A stretch of DNA of 64,000 bases from the human T2T-CHM13v2.0 reference genome, Homo sapiens. Each line of letters begins with the position of its first letter. The first letter of the stretch is position 1. The notes beneath the pieces are model-generated. The model was not told the origin of the DNA. It saw only the letters and a list, made by a program, of their open reading frames with translations, and did no database searches. The DNA lies in assembly GCF_009914755.1 (NCBI RefSeq), contig NC_060933.1; one strand, 5' to 3'. Shown one piece after another: positions 1 to 11,908 of the stretch. The translations under genes were made by a program, and so were the position numbers.

Positions 1-1007
1 AAATTAAAATCCTGTTCTGGTGATAACCACCCCACTACTGCCAACCCTGCTGCTGTGGAAACGTTCAGTGAAGGCTATCCTGCCTGGCTTTATGGGACCA
101 TTCAAGGAGCAAGAAGGAAACCCTGAAGTTCTCAACCCCTGACATGATTTCCCAGGGACCTCCCTGGCCTCAATGTGGCATGTTTGGTTTCATGGGATTT
201 ACTATGGCTGCCTCCAAGTGTCTGATGCATGTGTGACCTCGGATGCCAAGAGAAAAATTGATGTGTGCTTTCCACTATACAGGGCCCAAGAGAGACTCTG
301 TTTGATTTAGAAAGCATTTTCATGAGGCATGGTTCAACAACTGCAGTTCTTCCTTCTATCTTCATGAGGATATGTCACTATTTTCAAGTGAAATCTAGTC
401 ACATGAAGGACTGACTGATGCTATTTTCTTCAAATATAAGTGGAAAAAAATAAGCCTATAGCTACAATGAGAATAGGGGAGCACTTTGATCAAATGGCTA
501 AGTAGTTAAAGGAGTTCCCAGTTTATACCTTCTAAAAAGATAGGACAGAGAGGAGTTGTGTGATTCATGTGGGTTGCAGGGTGAGCCACTCTTTCTTCAG
601 GGGCGACTTCATTGTGCAAACATCGAGGGTTTCCATCCATCATGCTAGGTGAGCTCTTTCTTCCCTTCACCATCGATACCCTAAAGAATATTATCAAGAT
701 TGTCTCTTACTATGATCTTTTCTCCATCTCTAACATGTGGCCTAAGTCCTGGAATCTCCACTCAGTGCCACAGTTGTGAGACTCCCCCAGCTCTGATAGA
801 AGGAATACTCCAATCCTGGTATTGTGAGTGAAGGACAGTGTGACAGAAATGGCTCCACATTGAGAGACAGCATATTTCCACTATGGTGGGTATCAATCCA
901 GAACCATGACCTATATTTTGAAAACTGGATTTGAAATGAGAAACCTTGACACTTCAGGAGCAAAATTTAAGCAACTGAGTCTCTTTTTATGACTCATCCT
1001 AATCCTA

Positions 1008-1312
1008 TGTTGTTGTTGTTGTTGTTGTTGTTTTCTTTTTTCTTTTTCTTTTCTTTTTTTTTTTTTTTAGACAGAGTCTGGCTCTGTCGCCCAGGCTGGA
1101 GTGCAGTGGTGTGATCTTGGCTCACTGTGACCTCTGCTCCCGGGTTCAAGCGATTCTTGTGCCTCAGCCTCCTGAGTAGCTGGGGCTACAGGCGTGCACC
1201 ACCACGCCCAGCTAATTTTTTTATACCCTTAGTAGAGACAGGGTTTTACCATGTTGGCCAGTCTGATCTCAAACTCCTGACCTCAAGTGATCCGCCCACC
1301 TCGGCCTCCCAA
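1008..1312 (-). mobile_element. AluS, slightly 5'-truncated, with (GTT)n/T-rich tail
   Basis: Antisense Alu consensus motifs (gcccaggctggagtgcagtgg, gatccgcccacctcggcctcccaaa). Confidence 0.92.
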
Positions 1313-1906
1313 ACCAACTCCTATATTTCTAACAAGCTCAAAAATCATGAAACTCTTCCAGTGCTGAAGTCATTTGCAAGTCACAGTTCAGCTGATGGTT
1401 AAAAAGCTGATGTAAATAAATGCATACCAGTTAGGTGATGTGGAAAACCAAATCCAATTTGATTATGTCAGGCTAACTCTGAGCTGATTAATACCTCTTC
1501 AAGTTAAGCAGGCTATGTGGAAACATTTTGATGTTGTCCTTAACCTGGAAAAAAAGAACCGTTTGAATTTAGTTCAGAGAAAAAGCACACTTTGAAGACT
1601 GATTTTGAAGTCAGTTTTCTTTTAGCGTTGTTATTTTAATTTGCAAGAAGGTGTCTGCTCTTTTTAATTTCAGTGTTTAGAAATAGTAAATTGGCAATCT
1701 CAAAGTCACATTTTATTTCCAGCATGTGGTGTTTTAATATGTACCTCGATGCAACAAACCCCTGGTCAGCAAATATGAAGCAGCTCACTAAGGTGTTGTC
1801 CCCAGCACTGTATAAAAGCAACTGAATCATATCAACTGGAGAATCTGAAGCTTTAAGATTGAGTTCTTCTCTCTTCAGAGTTAGCTAGTCAAATTTCAGC
1901 TTCAAC

Positions 1907-2238
1907 TTTTTGTTTTTGTTTTTTGTTGTTGTTTTGTTTTTTGTTTTTTGAGACGGAGTCTCGCTCTGTCACCAGGCTGGAGTGCAGTGGCATGATCTTG
2001 GCTCACTGCAACACTGCAACCTCCACCTCCTGGGTTCAAGAGATTCTCCTGCCTCAGCCCCCCGAGTAGCTGGGATTACAGGCATGCGCCACCATACCCG
2101 GCTAATTTTTGTATTTTTAGTAAAGACAGGGTTTCACCATGTTGGTCAGGCTAGTCTCAAACTCCTGACCTCAGGTGATCTGCTTGCCTCGGGCTCCCAA
2201 AGTGCTGGGACTACAGGCGTGAGCCACTGCGCCTGACC
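1907..2238 (-). mobile_element. AluS
   Basis: Full-length antisense Alu; TSD tcagcttcaacttt / tcaacttcaacttt; small internal duplication cactgcaa x2. Confidence 0.93.
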
Positions 2239-2629
2239 TCAACTTCAACTTTGATCACATTCTAATCAATGAACTAATTGAGAGACTATAATTGTAACAA
2301 TTTATCCTTGTCCCTTTTGCTGGAGTGCCATTTGCTGGAGTGTGGTTTGCGCATCTGGAAGTAGAGCCTCAGAAATCATTTTAGTCACACTGATTAACCC
2401 ACCTATAGAATTTAGTTAAATCTGAAAATTAGCATACCCACAAATAGCACTTCTACACTGAGTCACAGAACTGTTTAAGTGAATGGGCTATTATCACATT
2501 TAGTTTATTGTGATTCGATGTGGGTTTAAAAAAACCTTTTTCTTTGAAAATTGTGATGTTGAAAAGAATCTCTGCAATAAACATATATTCCTTTCCTAAC
2601 TTAGTCTAATATGGTGAAGGTTGTTAGAG

Positions 2630-2945
2630 GCTGATTCATTTACAACTTCATCTATTCAGTGAGTATTTACCAAACACCTACTAGACGCCAGTCAGCTCAT
2701 TAGCACCGAGGATACAACAGTATTCAGGACAGTTGAGATTCCTGTCTGCTGCTTAAAATCTAGCAGGGAAGATAAATTGATATTAAACTTTAATTACTGT
2801 AGAGTTTGTTGAACGGTATTACAGAGGAAGAACTTATTTGGTGTGCATAGCGGGGGAAACTAGACTAGGGCTCTAGAAAGTTCTCCATAGAGAGGTGATA
2901 TCTAAGTTGTACTCTGAAGAATGGGTAGAAGGCAGCCCAGGTGAA
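2630..2945 (-). mobile_element. L2 3'-end fragment
   Basis: attcatt...tatttaccaaacacctactagacgccag pattern typical of antisense L2 tails. Confidence 0.55.
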
Positions 2946-3303
2946 ACCATTTTATCAGACTCTTTGCTTTTCTTCAGTCCAATGTGGTTGTTATATGGTT
3001 GTTTAGCTCTCCAGATAAAGAGCTAAGGTTTCCTATAGGCATTCTCAATGGGATGCTACGATAACTGTGATTAGGATTCTCAACTTCAGTGCTCACTCTA
3101 CAACACTGTAGTTGGGGAAAATAAAGACAGTCGGGCTCTGTATTGCACTATGGCTTGTGCTAGGACATTTTGAAAACCATAGGTTTAAAAAAATAATTTC
3201 TACTAGCCACTTTTCCTGTGATTTTCCTATTTGTCCTCTGAAGGCCAAACGCATATTCAGTACTTTATAATGACCTGTCAGCTGATTTGAAAATAAAATG
3301 GGA

Positions 3304-3435
3304 AGCTGGGTGCAATGGCTTATGCCTGTAGTCCCAGCTACTTGGGAGGCTGAGACAGGAGGATTGCTTGAGTCCAGGAGTCCAAGATCACCCTGGGCAA
3401 CACAGCGAGACCTCATCTCAAATTTTTAAAAAAGC
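3304..3435 (+). mobile_element. FLAM (free left Alu monomer)
   Basis: Single Alu monomer with A-rich tail; degenerate TSD gaaaataaaatg / gaaaatagaatg. Confidence 0.85.
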
Positions 3436-6400
3436 GAGAAAGAAAATAGAATGAGGGAGACCCTGTTTCTGGTTAGTCGGGAAGTTCTCATCTCCCTGTT
3501 TCTGGTTAACTGGAGTATTGTTATAAAGAATTACCTTCTCCTGGCATAAGTTGATTGCTTTAGAACTATTGTCTAAAGTGTCAGTAGTAAAATTGTCCTA
3601 AAATGTGTAGCAAGCGTGTAAGCATTATCGAATGACAACACAGTTACTTTCTATTGGAATACTAATGTCTCTGTGTTGTCGGGTGGATGAGCTTCACCAG
3701 GAAATATAAATATAAAAGAGAAAAGCTGCAAATGATCACAGGAACTAAGGGAGGAAGCTATGCCGTTGTCTGGGTAAAGTGTGCCTGAATCCAAAATATC
3801 CCAGAACTGGGGTGGATATTGTGTGAACAGGGATCAGCAGTCATTGGCCAAAGAAATGGGGAAATAGAAGGTGCATGATTTTGTTCCATTGTTCCAGTTT
3901 TGAGAGTTGGAATTTGGATGAGGAATAGCTTTCAAGTCTTCGCCCTCCAGCAGCCCTCTCATCACCTAGCATGGCTTTTCTAGGTGAGTGCTTTAAAAGA
4001 GCGTGTAAGGAGTCACTTGACCTTGATTTCCCCAGATAGTTCTTTGCAATTGTTAGCCCCCAAGAAGGCTGGTTGGTTTTTAAAAGAGGCTGGGTGAGAA
4101 CTGCTCCCAAGAGCAGGGCAGCTGAGTATGGCTGTGCAGTCAGCACACTGCACAATGGTACCCAGCCTAATGGGGAAGGAGAAGCTGAAGTCCAAGCCAG
4201 CCGAAGGAAGGATGGTTTTCTGCAATTTATCCATGCTGGGGGTAGAGGGGGGCACCTGTTTTTAACTCACACAAAAGCACCATATGGAGTAACTGCTGCC
4301 TTGCTCAACCACTTTTGAACTCATGCTCACAGCTAACTCTATGAATTATTAAACAAAGAAAAATGGGTAATTCTAGGTGGGTTTTTTTAGTGTGTGTGGA
4401 AAGATACGTCTGTTCAATCCAAATCTCCTGCTTTCTAGGCTGCATGCCCACTTCTACAAAATATGGTTCAGATGTTACGAAGCAGTATCTTCACCTTGAC
4501 GCTTTCCAGATAAATCGTTGTGATTTCCTGTGGGAGATAAGATCTGAGTTAGGCTCGCAGAGTCTCTCTCTTCCAAGGCTGTCCTGTCTCCAGGTTCACA
4601 TGCCTGCTGTGGCCAACTGACTATATATGCGACACTGTACCAGATTGCAGGGCCATATGCTGTTTTCCCCTGGAATTCATCCCAAGTCAGTATTTGACTA
4701 GGTCCAATGCTGCCAAATAACTGTTGGTAATGTACAGTTCACCCTTCCCTGCCTGGCTACAACATGTCCTACAGTCTCCAAACTAATATCTGGCAGCTCT
4801 GTGTGTATTTAGCAACTTACAGATTTCCCTGTATTGATTTACACAAGGGTTTATTTTTAAAATTAAAAAAATAGTAAAAACCCTAACATTTATTTATCAA
4901 ACATTTATCAGATACCTACTCTACATAAGGCTCTGTGTCAGCTTTGGGAAAAATACAAAACATAAGATATTGTTCAGATATTTCGCATGAGAAGCAATGT
5001 GTGAATATCAGTAGTTGCATATGGTTCAACCTCAGATTGTAAGCCTAGAGTCAGAAGACCTAAATGGAAGTAAATGAAGCTCCTCCATTTACTAAATACG
5101 TTACCTTGAGCAAGTGTTTTAACTTCTTTCTTTTCAATAAAAAGAGAGATTGGCAAGAATGACTCTAAGATCCTTCTTTCAGGATGTTAAGATCTGACAC
5201 TCACAACAACCCAATAAGCTAGGCTGTATTATTTTTCAACTGCTTTTTAGGAAACTAAGGCTTAGAGAGCTTAAGTGACTCAAGACCACCAGCTAAAAAA
5301 GTGGCCAAGCCAGCATTCTAGCCTGAGTTTATCCAGTTGCTATTCTTGTATCATTTCCAAACTGACTCTTCATAAACAGCAAATCAAAGAGGGGGCAAAT
5401 CCAGGGAGAAAAAGAGATGCTACAGTGATAACTGGAAGCACACTGAAGGATTTTTGTGTGGAGATAGCTGCATATGGACAAGGGTTATGAAATCCTTTAT
5501 CAATCATTCTTCACTGGGACAAAGCTAAGGTGAGCAGAACTCGACTGTCATCATTAAAGCTCACAACCACAGGCACTGAAAAGTAAGGAAAACACTAAGC
5601 TGGAACTGAAGTGCTCTTTTGATACCCACACTCCTCCCCACCACATAATTAACATTGTCTTCTAATAAAGGAGAGCATATTTTTCCCTTTTTTGAGTGTG
5701 TGGCTATGTGTCATCCTGGATATTCCGGCTACTCTAGCTGCTGTGGCTAGTGAGATATCATGAATTCTTTCACAGTTGCTCCAGGAATTCCTACGAAGAC
5801 TGTGCTAAAAAAAAAAAATAATAATGTCAGATGGTTCAAGAGGTGGTTCTGCTGCTGACAAGGCCCCAGGGGGAAGCTTTCAGGATTCAGTGGCATGAAG
5901 TTGTTTTATTAGCCTCACTGTGTTAACAGCCCTCCTACAGTCCCAGCCCAGTGAGAGCCTATGTATGAAACCTTAAATCCTAAAGGGACCTTCCTTATAA
6001 GGGACATGTAGCACAGTCCAGTCACTTGATAGATGAGGCAAGTGACCCAGAAAAAAGAGGTTATTGCAATTAGTTACTGCACATTAGAATCACCCAGAAA
6101 GCTTTTAAAATCCTAATTCCCAAGTAACACCCCAAAAGAATTAAATCACAATGTTTGGGGTGAAAGCCAGGCACCACCATTTTTTAAAGACCTCCCACTG
6201 ATTTCAATATGTAGCATTTTGCAATTAATGAGCTAATGGTTTGCCTAAGGTCATACATCTGGGGACAAGAACCTACCATGGTTCAACTCCATTGTTTTTA
6301 GCCAAAACTGGCCCTTGTCTTAAGACATCTTGAGAAATGGTGGAGGAATAAACAGTCAAGCCCTGCCATGATGATGCTATGCCAGGCACTTTCTTAGTTT

Positions 6401-7468
6401 ATCTTTTGCAACCACTCTTCAAGGTAGATACATCAGCTCTAGTTCACCATGAAGAACGTGCATGTGTTTTCATGTAGCCTGTGGATCCTTGCTAAATGCG
6501 AAGGCAGGCTCTCTGAGACTGCCTCAGGGGGACTGCAGTGGTGCTCACTTTAGTTGTCGAACGTGCAGTGACATTCATTCAACAAGTGTTTATGGAAGGT
6601 CTACAGTGTGCCAGGCATTGTCCTAGGCTATGTGGATAAAATGATGATGAATGAGGTATATAAGGCTCTGTCCTCCCAGAGCTTGTTAGCTAATGAAGAA
6701 CCCAAAGTCATAACTCAGCAAGTCCAAAATTTTAAGGTTAACACTGCGGTGGAAACTTGTTTTATTCATTTTCACTGAGCCTTGTTTCTTCAAGACTTGT
6801 GGCGGCAAAAACACACATAATGAAGTTGTTAGAATATAAATAAGAAACATAAATCAAGACTAGGGAATATATAAGTAAGAGTAGAGTCAAGAACAGAAGA
6901 AGAAAAATTTATAGTCATGCAAGTCATGAGGATCCACTTGGGCTGAACCTCAAATTTGGCATTAAGTATCCTGGCAGCCATATCGAAAAGGGAAATGTGG
7001 TTAGTTACAAAGTTCTTATTGTCAGAAAGAAAAAGAATACAAGTTCCTTAGGGAAGGAAAGGCTTTCCTAATACTTGGCTCTTGAAGGAATGTCTCAGGC
7101 AGAGCTTCATACAGCCTCTAACAATATTTCTACTAGTGACTACAAAAGTGGATTTTATAAGACATAGCTTGTAGCATCCTGCAGTAAAAGTGAGAACATA
7201 AAACTAAAGTGCAATTTAATAAATTCATTTATGTTAGGAGTAGGTGGTGAGAGGTAAGTTGATTTGAGCCAAATACAGGTTCAGGTGAACCTATGACTAG
7301 AAGCTGGAACACCAGGGAATGGAGGGATTTTATATCCTTATAACAATCTACATAAACATAATTTCTCTCTACTGAGATTTTGATAATTCAAATGGTTATA
7401 TTTTCTATCTTATGCTGTAGGGATAAAAGGCAAGTATTCTATGTTGTGAATAATGTAATGCCTTATAC

Positions 7469-7693
7469 CAGGGGTCAGCAAACATTTTCTGTAAAGGGCT
7501 AGGTAGTAAATATTTTATACCTTGGGGGCTAGATGGTCTCTGCCACAACTATTCATCTCTGCCACTGCAGCACAAAAGCAGCCATAGACAAGATATAAAT
7601 GAATGGACACGACTGTGCCCCAGTACAACTTGTTTCATAAAAGTAGGTGGCAGGTCAACTTCTTACCTACAGGCTACATAGTGCCAACCCCTA
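7469..7693. mobile_element. MER58A (hAT-Charlie MITE)
   Basis: Ends caggggtcagcaaac ... gtgccaacccct; internal ttctgtaaagggctaggtagtaaatattt. Confidence 0.8.
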
Positions 7694-9628
7694 GTATAAC
7701 CTAAAAAATAAATGCGATTATTGGTATTCTTTCATTGAAATTCAGGAACAATTGGAAACTTTGCAAGTCTTGGTCAGTGGTAACTTTGGCTTCATAGTTT
7801 AAATGCTATTGGGTGATGACACATGATGGAAAGAACATGGCTCGTGTCTGGGTTGCAAATTCATTAAGTTCGTTGAAAGAACATGCAGATCCCAAAGCAA
7901 TCCAATACAGCTATTCACACATAAAAGGGGGCCTCAGCAGACATGGTGCTGGGATTGTTGCAGCACAGAACTAGGCTGGCTCTAAAGAAACCCTTACATT
8001 CCATGTGGAGAAGGAGAATTAATGATGTTCCTCACCTGGAATGGTCTTGAAAAGCAACATGGATTCTCAGTTAAGATCTCATGGTTAGTTTCCTAGGAAA
8101 GAGGGAAGATGCTGGACCATTTCCAGTAGGCTGATGCATGCTATTCACATCTTTGTCATCTTTCCAAGTGAGAAATCTATTCCAGGCTACCAGACATAGG
8201 TTCTAACAATCTTCTAGGCATGTAGCATGTAGTATAGTCAAAGACATTATAATTAACCTCAGGGGAAAACAATAACATTATTTCATTTTTAAAAGGCTTA
8301 GTTATGAGCAGATAACACATGTTTATAGTTTGTTATGACCTGAATTCTTAAATTTCCCCTCACTGGCCAAAAATGAATCTGAGAATGTTAATTGTTTAAT
8401 GGGAGGTACTTCAAAGGGTTGAGTCTGGGGGCTCATCAGAAGAGGTAATCCCAAGTGACTTGGAATCTGCAACAGGTGGGTTAGGACCTCATCCTTAGAT
8501 ATTGCTTTAACCAATTTATGGGTAAGCCATAGTTCTGAGCAGAGTCACGTGCTCACGCGCCCCACGTGTAGTGACAATGGGAATGTAGGCTTAAACATAG
8601 GTAACAGCTTCAAAAGAGTTTGTAAAAACAAGGCTGTGAATATCAATATAATTGTGAGACTTTTGGGGATTTATTGTAGGTTTGAACGTAACTTGAAATA
8701 CAGTGATTTGTAGACAGTCAGTAATTGCTTCACTTGCTCCATTTGGAATTTTGTAACTATTCACTTCTCCAGCAGCATAAGGTGGTTAAGAAGACAGTTT
8801 CTGTTCGTTGTAAAAAATTACTCCAGGCTTAAGGAGGACAATTATTGTGTCTTTATATTCATATACCCAGGATTTAGCACAGTGCCTAATCCATAAGGGC
8901 CACACTAAAATGTTTGCCCAGTGAATAAATCCTGGATAATATCATCCTGTCTGCAAAGCCAGTATTACAGAGTGATTGGTTGCCAGTAGGGGAGATAGCT
9001 CCCTTTGGTTACACAAATTGTGGCAGACATTGAACCACTCCAAAAGAAACTAAAGCTATTTATTTGGGGATTGAAACAAAAAAGCCTACACAACTTGAAA
9101 AAAGCATAAAGACACTCAGATGGAACCATAGTGTCTCCCAGCAGATATCACCAGATGGGGGTGGGGGTAAATAATTGCAGTCACATATGCAGCAGGTATA
9201 TATATTTTTACTAATGGCTTATTCTTAAACAGGACTTGAGGCCAGAGAAATTTCAAGGATAAATTGCTTTGGGAGAATGCCTGATATCAATGTCTCCTGA
9301 GACATAGAAGTTTTCCAAAATAACAAATCACCAGATATATTATTTTGTTGCCTCCTCTTCCTTCCCCTGGCCCCTGCCAATATGCTTATTTACAAGAGTT
9401 ACCTTATCAGTTGTCTTAGGAGAACACATTTCCTTCAACAGAAGTCACAGTATCATCTTATGGTCATAATTTTACAATATCCCTGCCTCTACTGAGAAGA
9501 GATACATAGCGAATGGAGATGTGCTGAGCCAATGAGGAATTAATCCTAGGCAGCACTAGTAGATGTGGCCACAGCTCTGGCCCCACCCCACTCTGGTGGT
9601 CAGGCCAAAAAAGAAGTCAGGTAAGAAG

Positions 9629-10246
9629 TGTGAAAGGAAATTCAATCTTGGGACCCCCAAACTCATTAAGCCACAGGGAAAATTCAAGCTGGGAACTGGG
9701 TCACGCAAACATGCCTCCCCCTTTTGGTTCCTAAATAAGATGGCTACAAGATGAAAAGCTACATGCCTCCCCCATATTTTGCCCACAAGGGAATTCCCAG
9801 TGAGCTGCTAGATCTTTACACTAAAGGTGTTTCTATTAAAATTTCACCATGGCAATATAAATTGATAGTTTATAGATGCAGTCACCCCTGGCCCACCAGA
9901 CACAAATGCATATCTGATTGTTCCCCTGGCCCAGTTTTGTCTGTTATCTTATATAAAATGCAGATTCCCTGCAATTTTCCTCTGCCTCATTTGTCTGTGT
10001 CATCTTATGTTAAAAAAAAATGCAGATTCACTGAGCCAGACAAAGGCATGAATGACTATTTTTCCCTACCCACCTCTTACATGAAAATTGTGTACTTCTC
10101 AATATCCTGCCCTTTCCCCTTTAAATTTGGAGCCTTCAAAATCATCTTTGGAGAAAGGCATAGACCTGTCTCCTAGGTGTGCATCCTTAACTTTGGCAAA
10201 TAAACCTCCTAAAATAATTGAGACTTGTCATTTTTCTCGATTGACA
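9629..10246 (+). mobile_element. MER4-family ERV1 solo LTR
   Basis: TGTGAAAGGAAA...TTGACA ends; 4-bp TSD GAAG (9625-9628 / 10247-10250); AATAAA at 10199-10204. Confidence 0.88.
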
Positions 10247-10810
10247 GAAGAAAAGACAGAGCCAAGAGGATGGCAGTGTACTTGGCTACCCCCAGAGCCT
10301 AGCTGAGGCTCCAGCCCTGGGCACTTCACTGGAGCATTCCCTTGCCAGCAGAGGAACCTGCAGCCTAACCTCATGCTGGGGTAACCTTAATGTGGGCAAT
10401 CCGTCTTACTGTAATAGACAAATTGCCTGCTTTCACTTAATCCACAGATTTACAAGGGACAAACTTTGGCCCTAGGAATATTTATTGAATATCATTTCAT
10501 CCTTGTGACTTCCACTTCTTTCTGATTCCCATATCACCAGCCCAAGAGAACTTGAGTATCTGTTCACAGCTTTGCTCCTCTTTCCCCACATTAACCACAA
10601 AGCAACGGAAATAGAATAAAGAGACAAATGGGTAACTCTAAGTAGGTTCATCACATTCATTACATGCCCTGTATCCAGAGCCAATATAAATGGTCTTGAT
10701 TCTGATTGTGTTGAGGTATAAAAACATGCTGATTTCTGTGGCAGGTATTAATGATTATTACTTGTGTATTCATTTGCTCACTGCTCCATTCTGGATGTTC
10801 TTGGTCTCAG

Positions 10811-10945
10811 GGCCTAAGGATCATTTTCTCGGATGCATCACGGCTCATCTTCCGGCTCAGTTCCTCCAGTGGTGTGCGGGCCACCCTCAGACTGTACGCA
10901 GAGAGCTACGAGAGGGATCCCAGCGGCCATGACCAGGAGCCACAG
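10811..10945 (+). CDS. PGM5: PGM5 penultimate coding exon (45 codons, GLRIIFSDASRLIFRLSSSSGVRATLRLYAESYERDPSGHDQEPQ)
   Basis: Acceptor ttggtctcAG ends at 10810 and donor GTacag starts at 10946; phase 0/0. The peptide matches phosphoglucomutase domain 4 (GLRxIFxDxSRxxFRLS...TxRLY) in its PGM5 form. Confidence 0.96.
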
Positions 10946-11870
10946 GTACAGAAACAGCTGTGCTCCCAGCAGTGTGTCTTGCAGCTCCTGGCAAATTTAG
11001 AGAGCTCCATGGGCCTTTAGTGGGGCTATTTTACCTCCTGGAAAGGTACATGATAATTTCAGCTGGAGGACAAGCTCAGGGCAACTCCAAGCAAGTTTAA
11101 TTCGTTCATTACAGTGTTTGAAACAGAAAAATTGCTCTCTCGCATCTATTTGTAATCCGTTTAGACCAGCATTTCCCAAACAACTGTCCTCTCTTGACTG
11201 TTGAGTGGTTTGTTAATTGGGGTAAAGAAAAAGCACCTTTTATAGACAAGGAAATTTAGCGTTAGAGTCAAACTGGTGAAACTCCCAGAGTCTTGACTAC
11301 GCTTATGTAACTTTTGAATCTCCAGACATTTGGACCATGACCTTGAGGTGCCAATACAGATGGGCTTTGTCTCTGAGATTGCTACATTGTCCACTCTGAG
11401 AGGAGAGGATATAGGTGGCCTTTTAAGTTAAGGAAGCACATTGACAAGGCTAAGCCAGACTGTTTGGCAAAGTCTCATCATGTTTTCAACAATAAGGCTA
11501 ATTAAGAACTCAGAAAAATCATAAATAACACAACCATAAGCCTCTCCACTCCCACATTCATTAAAGCTCCAGCCAACATTAATTAATACCAGAAATGACT
11601 CACTTTAATGTTGGGTACTTCAAGCTATACAGCTGGCTGCTCCTGTCTTCTTGGTGTCTTCAATCTGGGTTTTGAAGCAAGGTCCTTGATAAGATGATTT
11701 TTTTCAGATGAAAACATTGGTTCTACCTGCCATACTTCCTTTGTGGAAAAGTAGAGAAACAGAGAAATACTCACTGCTACTCATTTTAGAGGTGCTCAGA
11801 ATTTCTAGCTATAATTTGCCCTGATGGAGTAAGATACCTGGCAGGCTTTTCTTTCTTTGTCAGTAGTTTA

Positions 11871-11908
<38 letters not shown>

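Noticed and set aside
9751-10176. 141-aa ORF
   Set aside because: Lies entirely within a MER4 LTR; no retroviral protein similarity seen.
10751-11020. 89-aa ORF as a standalone gene
   Set aside because: Only 10811-10945 is PGM-like and it is bounded by AG/GT; the flanks are intronic.
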